A stretch of 64,000 bases of DNA from Trypanosoma brucei (taxonomy: Eukaryota): positions 448,001-512,000 of the forward strand of contig CP000070.1 of assembly GCA_000002445.1 (NCBI GenBank). Direction: 5' to 3'. The stretch's first letter is position 1; each line of letters begins with the position of its first letter. The position numbers and the translations under genes were made by a program. The notes under the pieces were generated by a model. It did no database searches. It had not been told where the DNA came from and saw only the letters and a list, made by a program, of their open reading frames with translations. This document shows positions 34,414 to 47,781 of this stretch, piece by piece.

Positions 34414-36495
34414 CTACTCATGACCTCGTTTCCGTGTGAATGCTGGTGCATCTCGATATTTTCTCTCTTCATGATACGCTATTATAAGCTCTTTCTGTAT
34501 CTTTTTATCAAATGTTATTTGATACTGGTCAATACCATCCCAAAATACTTGTGTTTCCTCAGTTTGTTGCTCAGCATCAGCGGTGTTGTTGTTCACACAT
34601 CGTTGCCGCGTCTTAATCACACCACCATAAATAGCATTAACATATATCATCTCCCATGCCATGTTACGAGAAAAGGTATCCCAATCGGAAAAATACCTTG
34701 CAATGTTTGTCATAAATTCCTGTAACTCTGAAACACTTGCTTCTTTCCTGTAATTATCTGTTATTTGAATAAGCACAATAGTCTTTGAGGCAACTCCCAG
34801 TTGTGGAAAACCATCCCTCATATCCGCAACCCTTCTAGAGCAATCTTCCACAAAGAAAAAGCCATCCACAAAAAGCTTACTCTCCTCCAATGACCTGTAG
34901 AGCACTTTGTATTTACAGTTTCCAATTGCATTCTGTCCAGTTTTTGGCAAGAACTTTTGTTCAAAAATTTGAAACTGTTGTGGGGTCATATCTTTCAGGA
35001 TGCTACGCTTGTCTTCCGTCTCTCCGAGTCTTCGGAGGTAGTTCAAATGTTTTGTGACCACACAAAAGACTCTAGGAAAGAGAAGTGAAACCAAAGCCCT
35101 TGTTTTAAGCGAGTAGGCTCCGACCTTACCGTATTCCATCATGAATTCATGGGATGACATACTTTCCGCAACATCTGCAAACAGCGTACAGAGTATCATA
35201 TTCCCAATGGCAACTGATAGAGGTCTACAGTGGTATGATTCGAGGTTGCCATATCTGCTCCTCTCCCGTACAATCTTTATTAACGATTCTGTGAAATGAT
35301 TACCTTTCCATTCAAAATATTTTCCCATCATCATATCATAGCCATCTCGTCTATTACAACTGAGACTGCTTAGATACCCTATTACTGCCGCCTCACGACA
35401 GCCAGCTCCATTACTGAAAACATAACGAGGCAGCGGCCCCACAAAGTCAACACGTCTCTCCACCAACCTCCACTCATCCTCTAGCTCTTCCTTAACCTTC
35501 AAACGAGCATTTTCATCGAGAGTCGTATAGTTGGGAAATAGGGACAGTTTCTTCCAAGCCACAAACGCCTTAATGTCACGTACGTCATCGCAGTTTAAAA
35601 TTATCCTTGTTTGTTCCAGGTTCTTCATCCAGTACTTGTAGCTAACTCCATCTGGGGGTGCGAGGACAGTCACACCCCAAACATTTCTTGGGATCTCATA
35701 AGGCAGAGTTTCCTTACGACTATTAATATCAAAAATAATATGCCCTCTTTTTTTTAGACGCATTTCCTTAATAACATTAGTGACGTCTTCTCTCTTGTAC
35801 AATACAACCCTCCCTTCCTCATTCCCCTTCTTGTTGTATATAAGGTAAGCTTTGGAACCCGTGAAAAACACAACGACATCAAGCATTCCTTCATGGAAGT
35901 GAAGTAGGGAATGAAGTAAAAATGATCCAACTCCACATGATTTTCCAATACCAGATATACCAATGACAATGTGTGTTGGTGGTGTGCTCTCTGTCTTTTC
36001 CACCCACCATGCATTTAATTTTCGTTGTATTATATACCACACACGCATCATTTCACGACGGATGTAGACATTATTGTCCAATATCCCAATTCTCTGATAT
36101 AAACTAATGAGAGAACATTGAAATCTATCTGAGGGCCAACCCATCTTTGATGTAAGGACAAAGATCTCCAGGCCAGTGGGTCTCTCCTCAAGTTCCGCAT
36201 CAACTTCACAATGTTCAGGAGTTATATCAACTTCTTCTTCCGTCCATATGTGTTGTGGTCTTCCAAAGAATACCTTCATACCGAGTGGCTCTTGATTATA
36301 ACCTGACATCACATAACTCCACTTCGCATAATACAGAGACTCATATAACTCCTCTTCACGAGATTTCCTTTTTCCAGTTACCGATGGATTCTGCATCTGT
36401 CGTCCACCTCGTTCCTGCACTTCACCTTGTGCACGATTAAACCGTTCGTTAAACACATTCTGAGTATTTCCCATATTGCCGTTGTTTTGAATCAT
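34414..36495 (-). CDS. array copy 4: RHS-like P-loop NTPase, 693 aa, type A core with short B-derived tracts (QRIGILDNNVYIRR; VVVFFTGSKAY)
   Basis: Colinear ORF. A +3 aa insertion-type patch matches the B-type sequence on its 5' side and the A-type on its 3' side. Confidence 0.6.
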   Translation of the reverse strand: MIQNNGNMGNTQNVFNERFNRAQGEVQERGGRQMQNPSVTGKRKSREEELYESLYYAKWSYVMSGYNQEPLGMKVFFGRPQHIWTEEEVDITPEHCEVDAELEERPTGLEIFVLTSKMGWPSDRFQCSLISLYQRIGILDNNVYIRREMMRVWYIIQRKLNAWWVEKTESTPPTHIVIGISGIGKSCGVGSFLLHSLLHFHEGMLDVVVFFTGSKAYLIYNKKGNEEGRVVLYKREDVTNVIKEMRLKKRGHIIFDINSRKETLPYEIPRNVWGVTVLAPPDGVSYKYWMKNLEQTRIILNCDDVRDIKAFVAWKKLSLFPNYTTLDENARLKVKEELEDEWRLVERRVDFVGPLPRYVFSNGAGCREAAVIGYLSSLSCNRRDGYDMMMGKYFEWKGNHFTESLIKIVRERSRYGNLESYHCRPLSVAIGNMILCTLFADVAESMSSHEFMMEYGKVGAYSLKTRALVSLLFPRVFCVVTKHLNYLRRLGETEDKRSILKDMTPQQFQIFEQKFLPKTGQNAIGNCKYKVLYRSLEESKLFVDGFFFVEDCSRRVADMRDGFPQLGVASKTIVLIQITDNYRKEASVSELQEFMTNIARYFSDWDTFSRNMAWEMIYVNAIYGGVIKTRQRCVNNNTADAEQQTEETQVFWDGIDQYQITFDKKIQKELIIAYHEERKYRDAPAFTRKRGHE

Positions 36496-39027
36496 TCCTA
36501 TCTCAAAATAATAACTTTAAATAGGTAATATTGTGTTACTTTCTGAACATATGTGTGTGTGTGTGTGTTAAATCAAATAGTAAAATGAAGGGAATGATGT
36601 GTACACACTATCAAGCAACACATATATACAGTTCATGAATATCATAAACTAACAGAACAAATTATAACCTCTCCTTACAGTTAAACCCCTTAACAACCCC
36701 TTGCATATATTGAATAGTGATGTTCAATCAATTAAATATTCTGTATGAAAGCATGAGTAATAAGATTTTTAGATATGAGAGATAACAAACACGAAATCCT
36801 AAGTGAAGAATACTACTATTTCATATAATATAATATGTATGCATATAGTATAATATGTCATACTTTTTGAAATAATAAACAATAGTATTAATAATGAGAT
36901 AAACAGAATTTACAATAATAGATTATACATTGCACACGTAATAATGAGGACAACGTATGTCACAAAGGTTCTTAATTATAACATCGAAAGAACATTAACT
37001 CAAAGCATCAGCAAACATGCACATACAAACTGTTATTCATTATAACATCTTGGCTCCATCTCACAGCATAGACGACAATGTTTGAGTGTAAACCGTAACA
37101 TACAAAACCTAACACAAATATCTTCTGTACTGTCAAATATTGGGATGGTATCTCATCTCATTATTAAACACTTTCAACATTATCTTGTTGTCTCCTTGTT
37201 TGGGAACTCTCATCTTTGACACTAAGGAATATGTGAAGATACTAAGATCATTTATTTTTTTATTTCCTAGTTGCATTTGCAATTGTTCACATATTCTTTC
37301 AGTACACGCAAAAAAATTGAAAGTTTAAGGAAAATTGAATTATGAGAATAAGGAAACAAAGGATAAATTTTCTGTGAACAATAAAATATTATATAATATC
37401 TCAAATCTTCTGCAGTGATTCACCACATGTGGAAAATATATGCAATAGTTACATAACACTGACAACACTGAATAAAGGAATATATTCAATATACTCAATA
37501 TAGTCAATATATTTAATGCAAATATTACATGGAATATAAGAAGTGTAAGGAATCAAAGGAATATAAAAAATAAAATGTAATGGAGAATGATGGAAACTTA
37601 AGATACATCTATGTGAGCATAGCGTTGTGTGAGTAGAAATCATGTGCATATTTTATCTTAATCTTTCCCTATATTGTACTCACTCACTCGTAAAACTTAA
37701 TCATGGAAATAAAGTTTAGGGAATAGTAAAGTTGTTCTTCCACTCGCGTCAAGACACAAATACCTGCTTTCTGTCATTGGAAATCATGTGTCTTTATTAA
37801 ATTGTAGTATCCAATAATGAAAAAGAAGTACTCTATTACTATATCACTCATCATTTCCTACATCCCTAAATATATCGCATATTGTAACTATACATATTCT
37901 TTTTCTTTTTCATATACCATACAACAATCATATATTATTTACTTCCTTTCTTTAAACTGATGTCGTAATGTTCCTTTTGGAAGATACAAATAAATAATTG
38001 TACAAATATTAACACAAGAGTAATGATAGAAGAAAAGAATTACCTTAAGGAAACTACATGGAACTTCCATTATATAAGATACTACACTTCATATAAGGGG
38101 GAAATACGTAACAGTGGTTGTATCTTTTATTTGTCCTCAGTGTATCGGCAATCCTTCAGTAGACGCTGCTTTGCAACTGATTTCTTTTATGGATTAAGTT
38201 AGTCAGCAGTGTTGAGACAGGTTCCCCCGCATGAGGAGTGAAGGGACAAAACAATATTCCTACCTTCTAACCTATTGAACAAGAATGTCTCAAACAATAT
38301 CATTTGTCCCTATTTATTTCTGCAGATGCAAATGCTATTGATGGGTGAGATACATCTAAACAGCAACGGATATAACTATACTCATACAGTGTTTCTTTGA
38401 TTTCTTCTCGTCACCACAGTTGTGTTGGGTTACAAATATATACACAGCACTCCACTTTGTGGCTATAAGTCTCTTTAATATTTGAATGAAATCCTGCCTA
38501 TCGCTACTGCAATATTTCACACTCTGTGAGGGACACTGATATTTGCTTCTTTCGTCCATTTCATATTTTGATAGTTATGTAAATATCTTATGTGCAATCC
38601 ATCTCCTTTCCAAAATAAATAAAAAGAAAGATAAAAGCATAAGCAATTATCGACATAAAAACTGGAATGAGTCTCTCGGTTACACGTCGCACGCTTCTAA
38701 CATATAGACACGCTGCATGTAACCTATTTTTGTTGTTTCATGCATGTGTCAGTATGATAAAATGAAAATAGTCTCATGTTTCTCCTTGTGCTTTTGTATT
38801 GCATAAACTACTGGACTCGTCATCTCTTCCATCTATTCATCACACAGGAGTTGTTCACTTGCTTTACATGTAGCATATAGTAAAAATACAAAATATCAAA
38901 TTATTAAATTAATACTTCACTATAAGCAATAAAGCTTACTTGATTTTGTTTATTTCATTTATATCTGAGTTGAATTACATATGTTAATGAAATTATTCCA
39001 CTACTCAAAGATACAAACACTTTATTG

Positions 39028-39062
<35 letters not shown>

Positions 39063-40001
39063 ATGGTTTTGAGACACACCACATATCAGTTCTTCAACAT
39101 TACATATGTGTAAATCCATATTTACAAAAGGTACAGCTTTTGAATATCTGCATAATTATTTGAAGTATTATTATCTAATGAAGTGAACAGTAGATGTCAC
39201 TGAAATGCAAATAGTAATAATCCTCTGAAAGGCATAAATACTGTTTCATACAATACTCTAAAGTAATGCAGCGCTGTGCCATGAATACTTCCACAGAATA
39301 TACAACAACTAATGTGCGATAGTTAGTCATAATGATGCCTTCCATGTGATGAACTCTGCAATACAAATCATACGTTGAACAGAAACTAAAACATTAAATA
39401 CTAAATATAAATGCATGGGGGAGTGATGTAAACTATAAGAGGGGTTATGCACGTCAAAAAAGTTTCATTAGAATACAATAATAGTTTTGAATTTTATTAA
39501 ACAACTTAAAGCTTAACCACATGTGTGGAAACAACAATCACTTCACTATAGCATTTGTAGATTAGTGATTGTTACTGAAATAAATGAAAAAAAACAAATG
39601 AAGTAAATAAGGCAAGCACTGCATCCCATATTCTGTATTCATCACTGTGTGCTGACGCGTTTGAGTAGCTTTGCCCATTGACAGAAAAAAAAATAATAAA
39701 TAAATGAAATCTCTTCTTGCATCTTGTACAAGTGTATTTCAACAAAACAAAGACGTAAAAGAAATTTTATGCTTAATATATTTACTCATTTATTTGAAGG
39801 AAAGGTACAATAGCCAAAAAACTATAAAGGTGCATGTGAGTTATACTTCATTGTCAGATAAAGTTAACTTCACAACCCTCCTGAAACACAAAAGGAAAAT
39901 TAAAAGAATTACAATGAAGAAACAGAAGGAATACAATATGTTTTTTCCAACCTCTAACATGTTATATGTAAAAGTGACGAAATGGTCTTCACAATAGGAT
40001 G

Positions 40002-42083
40002 CTACTCATGACCTCTTTTCCGTGTGAATGCTGGTGCATCTCGATATTTTCTCTCTTCATGATACGCTATTATAAGCTCTTTCTGTATCTTTTTATCAAA
40101 TGTTATTTGATACTGGTCAATACCATCCCAAAATACTTGTGTTTCCTCAGTTTGTTGCTCAGCATCAGCGGTGTTGTTGTTCACACATCGTTGCCGCGTC
40201 TTAATCACACCACCATAAATAGCATTAACATATATCATCTCCCATGCCATGTTACGAGAAAAGGTATCCCAATCGGAAAAATACCTTGCAATGTTTGTCA
40301 TAAATTCCTGTAACTCTGAAACACTTGCTTCTTTCCTGTAATTATCTGTTATTTGAATAAGCACAATAGTCTTTGAGGCAACTCCCAGTTGTGGAAAACC
40401 ATCCCGCATATCCGCAACCCTTCTAGAGCAATCTTCCACAAAGAAAAAGCCATCCACAAAAAGCTTACTCTCCTCCAATGACCTGTAGAGCACTTTGTAT
40501 TTACAGTTTCCAATTGCATTCTGTCCAGCTTCTGGCAAGAACTTTTGTTCAAAAATTTGAAACTGTTGTGGGGTCATATCTTTCAGGATGCTACGCTTGT
40601 CTTCCGTCTCTCCGAGTCTTCGGAGGTAGTTCAAATGTTTTGTGACCACACAAAAGACTCTAGGAAAGAGAAGTGAAACCAAAGCCCTTGTTTTAAGCGA
40701 GTAGGCTCCGACCTTACCGTATTCCATCATGAATTCATGGGATGACATACTTTCCGCAACATCTGCAAACAGCGTACAGAGTATCATATTCCCAATGGCA
40801 ACTGATAGAGGTCTACAGTGGTATGATTCGAGGTTGCCATATCTGCTCCCCTCCCGTACAATCTTTATTAACGATTCTGTGAAATCATTACCTTTCCATT
40901 CAAAATATTTTCCCATCATCATATCATAGCCATCTCGTCTATTACAACTGAGACTGCTTAGATACCCTATTACTGCCGCCTCACGACAGCCAGCTCCATT
41001 ACTGAAAACATAACGAGGCAGCGGCCCCACAAAGTCAACACGTCTCTCCACCAACCTCCACTCATCCTCTAGCTCTTCCTTAACCTTCAAACGAGCATTT
41101 TCATCGAGAGTCGTATAGTTGGGAAATACGGACAGTTTCTTCCAAGCCACAAACGCCTTAATGTCACGTACGTCATCGCAGTTTAAAATTATCCTTGTTT
41201 GTTCCAGGTTCTTCATCCAGTACTTGTAGCGAACTCCATCTGGGGGTGCGAGGACAGTCACACCCCAAACATTTCTTGGGATCTCATAAGGCAGAGTTTC
41301 CTTACGACTATTAATATCAAAAATAATATGCCCTCTTTTTTTTAGACGCATTTCCTTAATAACATTAGTGACGTCTTTTCTCTTGTACAATACAACCCTC
41401 CCTTCCTCATTCCCCTTCTTGTTGTATATAAGGTAAGCTTTGGAACCCGTGAAATACACAACGACATCAAGCATTCCTTCATGGAAGTGAAGTAGGGAAT
41501 GAAGTAAAAATGATCCAACTCCACATGATTTTCCAATACCAGATATACCAATGACAATGTGTGTTGGTGGTGTGCTCTCTGTCTTTTCCACCCACCATGC
41601 ATTTAATTTTCGTTGTATTATATACCACACACGCATCATTTCACGACGGATGTAGACATTATTATCCAATATCCCAATTCTCTGATATAAACTAATGAGA
41701 GAACATTGAAATCCGCATGATGGGTTACATATCTTTGATGTAAGGACAAAGATCTCCAGGCCAGTGGGTCTCTCCTCAAGTTCCGCATCAACTTCACAAT
41801 GTTCAGGAGTTATATCCACTTCTTCTTCCGTTCATATGTGTTGTGGTCTTCCAAAGAATACCTTCATACCGAGTGGCTCTTGATTATAACCTGACATCAC
41901 ATAACTCCACTTCGCATAATACAGAGACTCATATAACTCCTCTTCACGAGATTTGCTTTTTCCAGTTACCGATGGATTCTGCATCTGCCGTCCACCTTGT
42001 TCATGCACTTCACCTTGTGCACGATTAAACCGTTCGTTAAACACATTCTGAGTATTTCTCATATTGCCGTTGTTTTGAATCAT
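40002..42083 (-). pseudogene. array copy 5: RHS-like gene interrupted by a nonsense mutation (Trp84 TGG to TGA at 41832-41834); the rest of the reading frame is intact
   Basis: The track splits it into an 83-aa ORF (41832-42083) and a 605-aa ORF (40002-41819) that begins at a GTG. Other copies have cca/TGG at the same site. The first downstream in-frame ATG lies ~65 codons further on, in ...REMMRVWY..., ahead of the P-loop. Confidence 0.55.
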
Positions 42084-42136
42084 TCCTATCTCAAAATAAT
42101 AACTTTAAATAGGTAATATTGCGTTACTTTCTGCAC

Positions 42137-42141
42137 ATATG

Positions 42142-42176
<35 letters not shown>

Positions 42177-42178
42177 GT
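42137..42178. repeat. (GT)n microsatellite immediately 5' of the array gene (40-60 nt upstream of its ATG on the '-' strand), longest in units 5 and 6 and much shorter in units 1, 2 and 8 (19795-19809; 25377-25391)
   Basis: Direct read: atgtgtgtgtgtgtgtgtgtttgtgtgtgtgtgtgtgtgtgtta at 42137-42178, against atgtgtttgtgtgtgtta in unit 1. Confidence 0.9.
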
Positions 42179-44638
42179 TAAATCAAATAGTAAAATGAAG
42201 GGAATGATGTGTACACACTATCAAGCAACACATATATACAGTTCATGAATATCATAAACTAACAGAACAAATTATAACCCCTTCTTACAGTTAAACCCCT
42301 TAACAACCCCTTGCATATATTGAATAGTGATGTTCAATCAATTAAATATTCTGTATGAAAGCATGAGTAATAAGATTTTTAGATATGAGAGATAACAAAC
42401 ACGAAATCCTAAGTGAAGAATACTACTATTTCATATAATATAATATGTATGCATATAGTATAATATGTCATACTTTTTGAAATAATAAACAATAGTATTA
42501 ATAATGAGATAAACAGAATTTACAATAATAGATTATACATTGCACACGTAATAATGAGGACAACGTATGTCACAAAGGTTCTTAATTATAACATCGAAAG
42601 AACATTAACTCAAAGCATCAGCATATACTGCACATACAAACTGTTATTCATTATAACATCTTGGCTCCATCTCACAGCATAGACGACAATGTTTGAGTGT
42701 AAACCGTAACATACAAAACCTAACACAAATATCTTCTGTACTGTCAAATATTGGGATGGTATCTCATCTCATTATTAAACACTTTCAACATTATCTTGTT
42801 GTCTCCTTGTTTGAGAACTCTCATCTTTGACACTAAGGAATATGTGAAGATACTAAGATCATTTATTTTTTTATTTCCTAGTTGCATTTGCAATTGTTCA
42901 CGTATTCTTTCAGTACACGCAAAAAAATTGAAAGTTTAAGGAAAATTGAATTATGAGAATAAGGAAACAAAGGATAAATTTTCTGTGAACAATAAAATAT
43001 TATATAATATCTCAAATCTTCTGCAGTGATTCACCACATGTGGAAAATATATGCAATAGTTACATAACACTGACAACACTGAATAAAGGAATATATTCAA
43101 TATACTCAATATAGTCAATATATTTAATGCAAATATTACATGGAATATAAGAAGTGTAAGGAATCAAAGGAATATAAAAAATAAAATGTAATGGAGAATG
43201 ATGGAAACTTAAGATACATCTATGTGAGCATAGCGTTGTGTGAGTAGAAATCATGTGCATATTTTATCTTAATCTTTCCCTATATTGTACTCACTCACTC
43301 GTAAAACTTAATCATGGAAATAAAGTTTAGGGAATAGTAAAGTTGTTCTTCCACTCGCGTCAAGACACAAATACATGCTTTCTGTCATTGGAAATCATGT
43401 GTCTTTATTAAATTGTAGTATCCAATAATGAAAAAGAAGTACTCTATTACTATATCACTCATCATTTCCTACATCCCTAAATATATCGCATATTGTCACT
43501 ATACATATTCTTTTTCTTTTTCATATACCATACAACAATCATATATTATTTACTTCCTTTCTTTAAACTGATGTTGTAATGTTCCTTTTGGAAGATACAA
43601 ATAAATAATTGAACAAATATTAACACAAGAGTAATAATAGAAGAAAAGAATTACCTTAAGGAAACTACATGGAACTTCCATTATATAAGATACTACACTT
43701 CATATAAGGGGGAAATACGTAACAGTGGTTGTATCTTTTATTTGTCCTCAGTGTATCGGCAATCCTTCAGTAGACACTGCTTTGCAACTGATTTCTTTTA
43801 TGGATTAAGTTAGTCAGCAGTGTTGAGACAGGTTCCCCCGCATGAGGAGTGAAGGGACAAAACAATATTCCTACCTTCTAACCTATTGAACAAGAATGTC
43901 TCAAACAATATCATTTGTCCCTATTTATTTCTGCAGATGCAAATGCTATTGATGGGTGAGATACATCTAAACAGCAACGGATATAACTATACTCATACAG
44001 TGTTTCTTTGATTTCTTCTCGTCACCACAGTTGTGTTGGGTTACAAATATATACACAGCACTCCACTTTGTGGCTATAAGTCTCTTTAATATTTGAATGA
44101 AATCCTGCTTATCGCTACTGCAATATTTCACACTCTGTGAGGGACACTGATATTCGCTTCTTTCGTCCATTTCATATTTTGATAGTTATGTAAATATCTT
44201 ATGTGCAATCCATCTCCTTTCCAAAATAAATAAAAAGAAAGATAAAAGCATAAGCAATTATCGACATAAAAACTGGAATGAGTCTCTCGGTTACACGTCG
44301 CACGCTTCTAACATATAGACACGCTGCATGTAACCTATTTTTGTTGTTTCATGCATGTGTCAGTATGATAAAATGAAAATAGTCTCATGTTTCTCCTTGT
44401 GCTTTTGTATTGCATAAACTACTGGACTCGTCATCTCTTCCACCTATTCATCACACAGGAGTTGTTCACCTGCTTTACATATAGCATATAGTAAAAATAC
44501 AAAATATCACATTATTAAATTAATACTTCACTATAAGCAATAAAGCTTACTTGATTTTGTTTATTTCATTTATATCTGAGTTGAATTACATATGTTAATG
44601 AAATTATTCCACTACTCAAAGATACAAACACTTTATTG

Positions 44639-44673
<35 letters not shown>

Positions 44674-45612
44674 ATGGTTTTGAGACACACCACATATCAG
44701 TTCTTCAACATTACATATGTGTAAATCCATATTTACAAAAGGTACAGCTTTCGAATATCTGCATAATTATTTGAAGTATTATTATCTAATGAAGTGAACA
44801 GTAGATGTCACTGAAATGCAAATAGTAATAATCCTCTGAAAGGCATAAATACTGTTTCATACAATACTCTAAAGTACTGCAGCGCTGTGCCATGAATACT
44901 TCCACAGAAGATACAACAACTAATGTGCGATAGTTAGTCATAATGATGCCTTCCATGTGATGAACTCTGCAATACAAATCATACGTTGAACAGAAACTAA
45001 AACATTAAATACTAAATATAAATACATGGGGGAGTGATGTAAACTATAAGAGGGTTTATGTACGTCAAGGAAGTTTCATTAGAATACAATAATAGTTTTG
45101 AATTTTATTAAACAACTTAAAGCTTAACCACATGTGTGGAAACAACAATCACTTCACTATAGCATTTGTAGATTAGTGATTGTTACTGAAATAAATGAAA
45201 AAAAACAAATGAAGTAAATACGGCAAGCACTGCATCCCATATTCTGTATTCATCACTGTGTGCTGACGCGTTTGAGTAGCTTTGCCCATTGACAGAAAAA
45301 AAAATAATAAATAAATGAAATCTCTTCTTGCATCTTGTACAAGTGTATTTCAACAAAACAAAGACGTAAAAGAAATTTTATGCTTAATATATTTACTCAT
45401 TTATTTGAAGGAAAGGTACAATAGCCAAAAAACTATAAAGGTGCATGTGAGTTATACTTCATTGTCAGATAAAGTTAACTTCACAACCCTCCTGAAACAC
45501 AAAAGGAAAATTAAAAGAATTACAATGAAGAAACAGAAGGAATACAATATGTTTTTTCCAACCTCTAACATGTTATATGTAAAAGTGACGAAATGGTCTT
45601 CACAATAGGATG

Positions 45613-47688
45613 CTACTCATGACCTCGTTTCCGTGTGAATGCTGGTGCATCTCGATATTTTCTCTCTTCATGATACGCTATTATAAGCTCTTTCTGTATC
45701 TTGTTATCAAATGTTATTTGATACTGGTCAATACCATCCCAAAATACTTGTGTTTCCTCAGTTTGTTGCTCAGCATCAGCGGTGTTGTTGTTCACACATC
45801 GTTGCCGCGTCTTAATCACACCACCATAAATAGCATTAACATATATCATCTCCCATGCCATGTTACGAGAAAAGGTATCCCAATCGGAAAAATACCTTGC
45901 AATGTTTGTCATAAATTCCTGTAACTCTGAAACACTTGCTTCTTTCCTGTAATTATCTGTTATTTGAATAAGCACAATAGTCTTTGAGGCAACTCCCAGT
46001 TGTGGAAAACCATCCCTCATATCCGCAACCCTTCTAGAGCAATCTTCCACAAAGAAAAAGCCATCCACAAAAAGCTTACTCTCCTCCAATGACCTGTAGA
46101 GCACCTTGTATTTACAGTTTCCAATTGCATTCTGTCCAGTTTTTGGTAAGAACTTTTGTTCAAAAATTTGAAACTGTTGTGGGGTCATATCTTTCAGGAT
46201 GCTACGCTTGTCTTCCGTCTCTCCGAGTCTTCGGAGGTAGTTCAAATGTTTTGTGACCACACAAAAGACTCTAGGAAAGAGAAGTGAAACCAAAGCCCTT
46301 GTTTCAAGCGAGTAGGCTCCGACCTTACCGTATACGCTTTCACTATGTTTCTCAACCATCAGTGTTGCAACAGTTGAAAACAGCGTACAGAGTATCATAT
46401 TCCCAATGGCAACTGATAGAGGTCTACAGTGGTATGATTCGAGGTCGTCATATCTGCCCCCCTCCCGTACAATCTTCACTAAACTGTGAACCACTTTTTC
46501 ACTTTTCCACGTAAAATATTTTTCCAGAATCGTTTCATACTCTTCTTTCTTCTCATTTTCTAGGCTTCTTAGGTAATCACTGATATCCTGCAGCCGGTTG
46601 GTGTAACTTTGCTTGCTGAAAACATAACGAGGCAGCGGCCCCACAACGTCAACACGTCTCTCCACTAACCTCCACTCATCCTCTAGCTCTTCCTTAACCT
46701 TCGCACGAGCATTTTCATCGAGAGTCGTATAGTTGGGAAATAGGGACAGTTTCTTCCAGGCCACAAACGCCTTAATGTCACGTACGTCATCGCAGTTTAA
46801 AATCACATTCCAACTGAAATAGTCCTTCTCCCAATGTTTATAATAGTATGTATCCGGAGTGTTGAGTGTAGTTATTCCCCACCCAAGATATTGGGTCTCA
46901 TAAGGCGGAGTCTCATCAGGTCCATCAGTATCAAAAATAATATGCCCTCTTTTTTTCAAACGCATTTCTTTAATAACATTAGTGACGTCTTTTCTCTTGT
47001 ACAATACAACCCTCCCTTCCTCATTCCCCTTCTTGTTGTATATAAGGTAGGCGTCCACATCCGTGAAATACACAACGACATCAAGCATTCCTTCATGGAA
47101 GTGAAGTAGGGAATGAAGTAAAAATGATCCAACTCCACATGATTTTCCAGTCCCTGGAATACCAATGACAATGTGTGTTGGTGGTGTGCTCTCTGTCTTT
47201 TGCACCCACCATGCATTTAATTTTCGTTGTATTATATACCACACACGCATCATTTCACGACGGATGTAGACATTATTGTCCATTATACCACTTTCATCAT
47301 TGATACCTAATTGAAACGTAGCTGATGGCCAACCCATCTTTGATGTAAGGACAAAGATCTCCAGGCCAGTGGGTCTCTCCTCAAGTTCCGCATCAACTTC
47401 ACAATGTTCAGGAGTTATATCCACTTCTTCTTCCGTCCATATGTGTTGTGGTCTTCCAAAGAATACCTTCATACCGAGTGGCTCTTGATTATAACCTGAC
47501 ATCACATAACTCCACTTCGCATAATACAGAGACTCATATAACTCCTCTTCACGAGATTTCCTTTTTCCAGTTACCGATGGATTCTGCATCTGTCGTCCAC
47601 CTCGTTCCTGCACTTCACCTTGTGCACGATTAAACCGTTCGTTAAACACATTCTGAGTATTTCCCATATTGCCGTTGTTTTGAATCAT
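45613..47688 (-). CDS. array copy 6: RHS-like P-loop NTPase, 691 aa, core type B (Walker A IVIGIPGTGKS)
   Basis: The central ~345 codons are replaced by a diverged sequence (e.g. FDTDGPDETPPYETQYLGWGITTLNTPDTYYYKHW...; SKQSYTNRLQDISDYLRSLENEKKEEYETILEKYFTWKSEKVVHSLVK). Flanks are identical to type A copies. Confidence 0.6.
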   Translation of the reverse strand: MIQNNGNMGNTQNVFNERFNRAQGEVQERGGRQMQNPSVTGKRKSREEELYESLYYAKWSYVMSGYNQEPLGMKVFFGRPQHIWTEEEVDITPEHCEVDAELEERPTGLEIFVLTSKMGWPSATFQLGINDESGIMDNNVYIRREMMRVWYIIQRKLNAWWVQKTESTPPTHIVIGIPGTGKSCGVGSFLLHSLLHFHEGMLDVVVYFTDVDAYLIYNKKGNEEGRVVLYKRKDVTNVIKEMRLKKRGHIIFDTDGPDETPPYETQYLGWGITTLNTPDTYYYKHWEKDYFSWNVILNCDDVRDIKAFVAWKKLSLFPNYTTLDENARAKVKEELEDEWRLVERRVDVVGPLPRYVFSKQSYTNRLQDISDYLRSLENEKKEEYETILEKYFTWKSEKVVHSLVKIVREGGRYDDLESYHCRPLSVAIGNMILCTLFSTVATLMVEKHSESVYGKVGAYSLETRALVSLLFPRVFCVVTKHLNYLRRLGETEDKRSILKDMTPQQFQIFEQKFLPKTGQNAIGNCKYKVLYRSLEESKLFVDGFFFVEDCSRRVADMRDGFPQLGVASKTIVLIQITDNYRKEASVSELQEFMTNIARYFSDWDTFSRNMAWEMIYVNAIYGGVIKTRQRCVNNNTADAEQQTEETQVFWDGIDQYQITFDNKIQKELIIAYHEERKYRDAPAFTRKRGHE

Positions 47689-47746
47689 TCCTATCTCAAA
47701 ATAATAACTTTAAATAGGTAATATTGTGTTACTTTCTGCACATATG

Positions 47747-47781
<35 letters not shown>

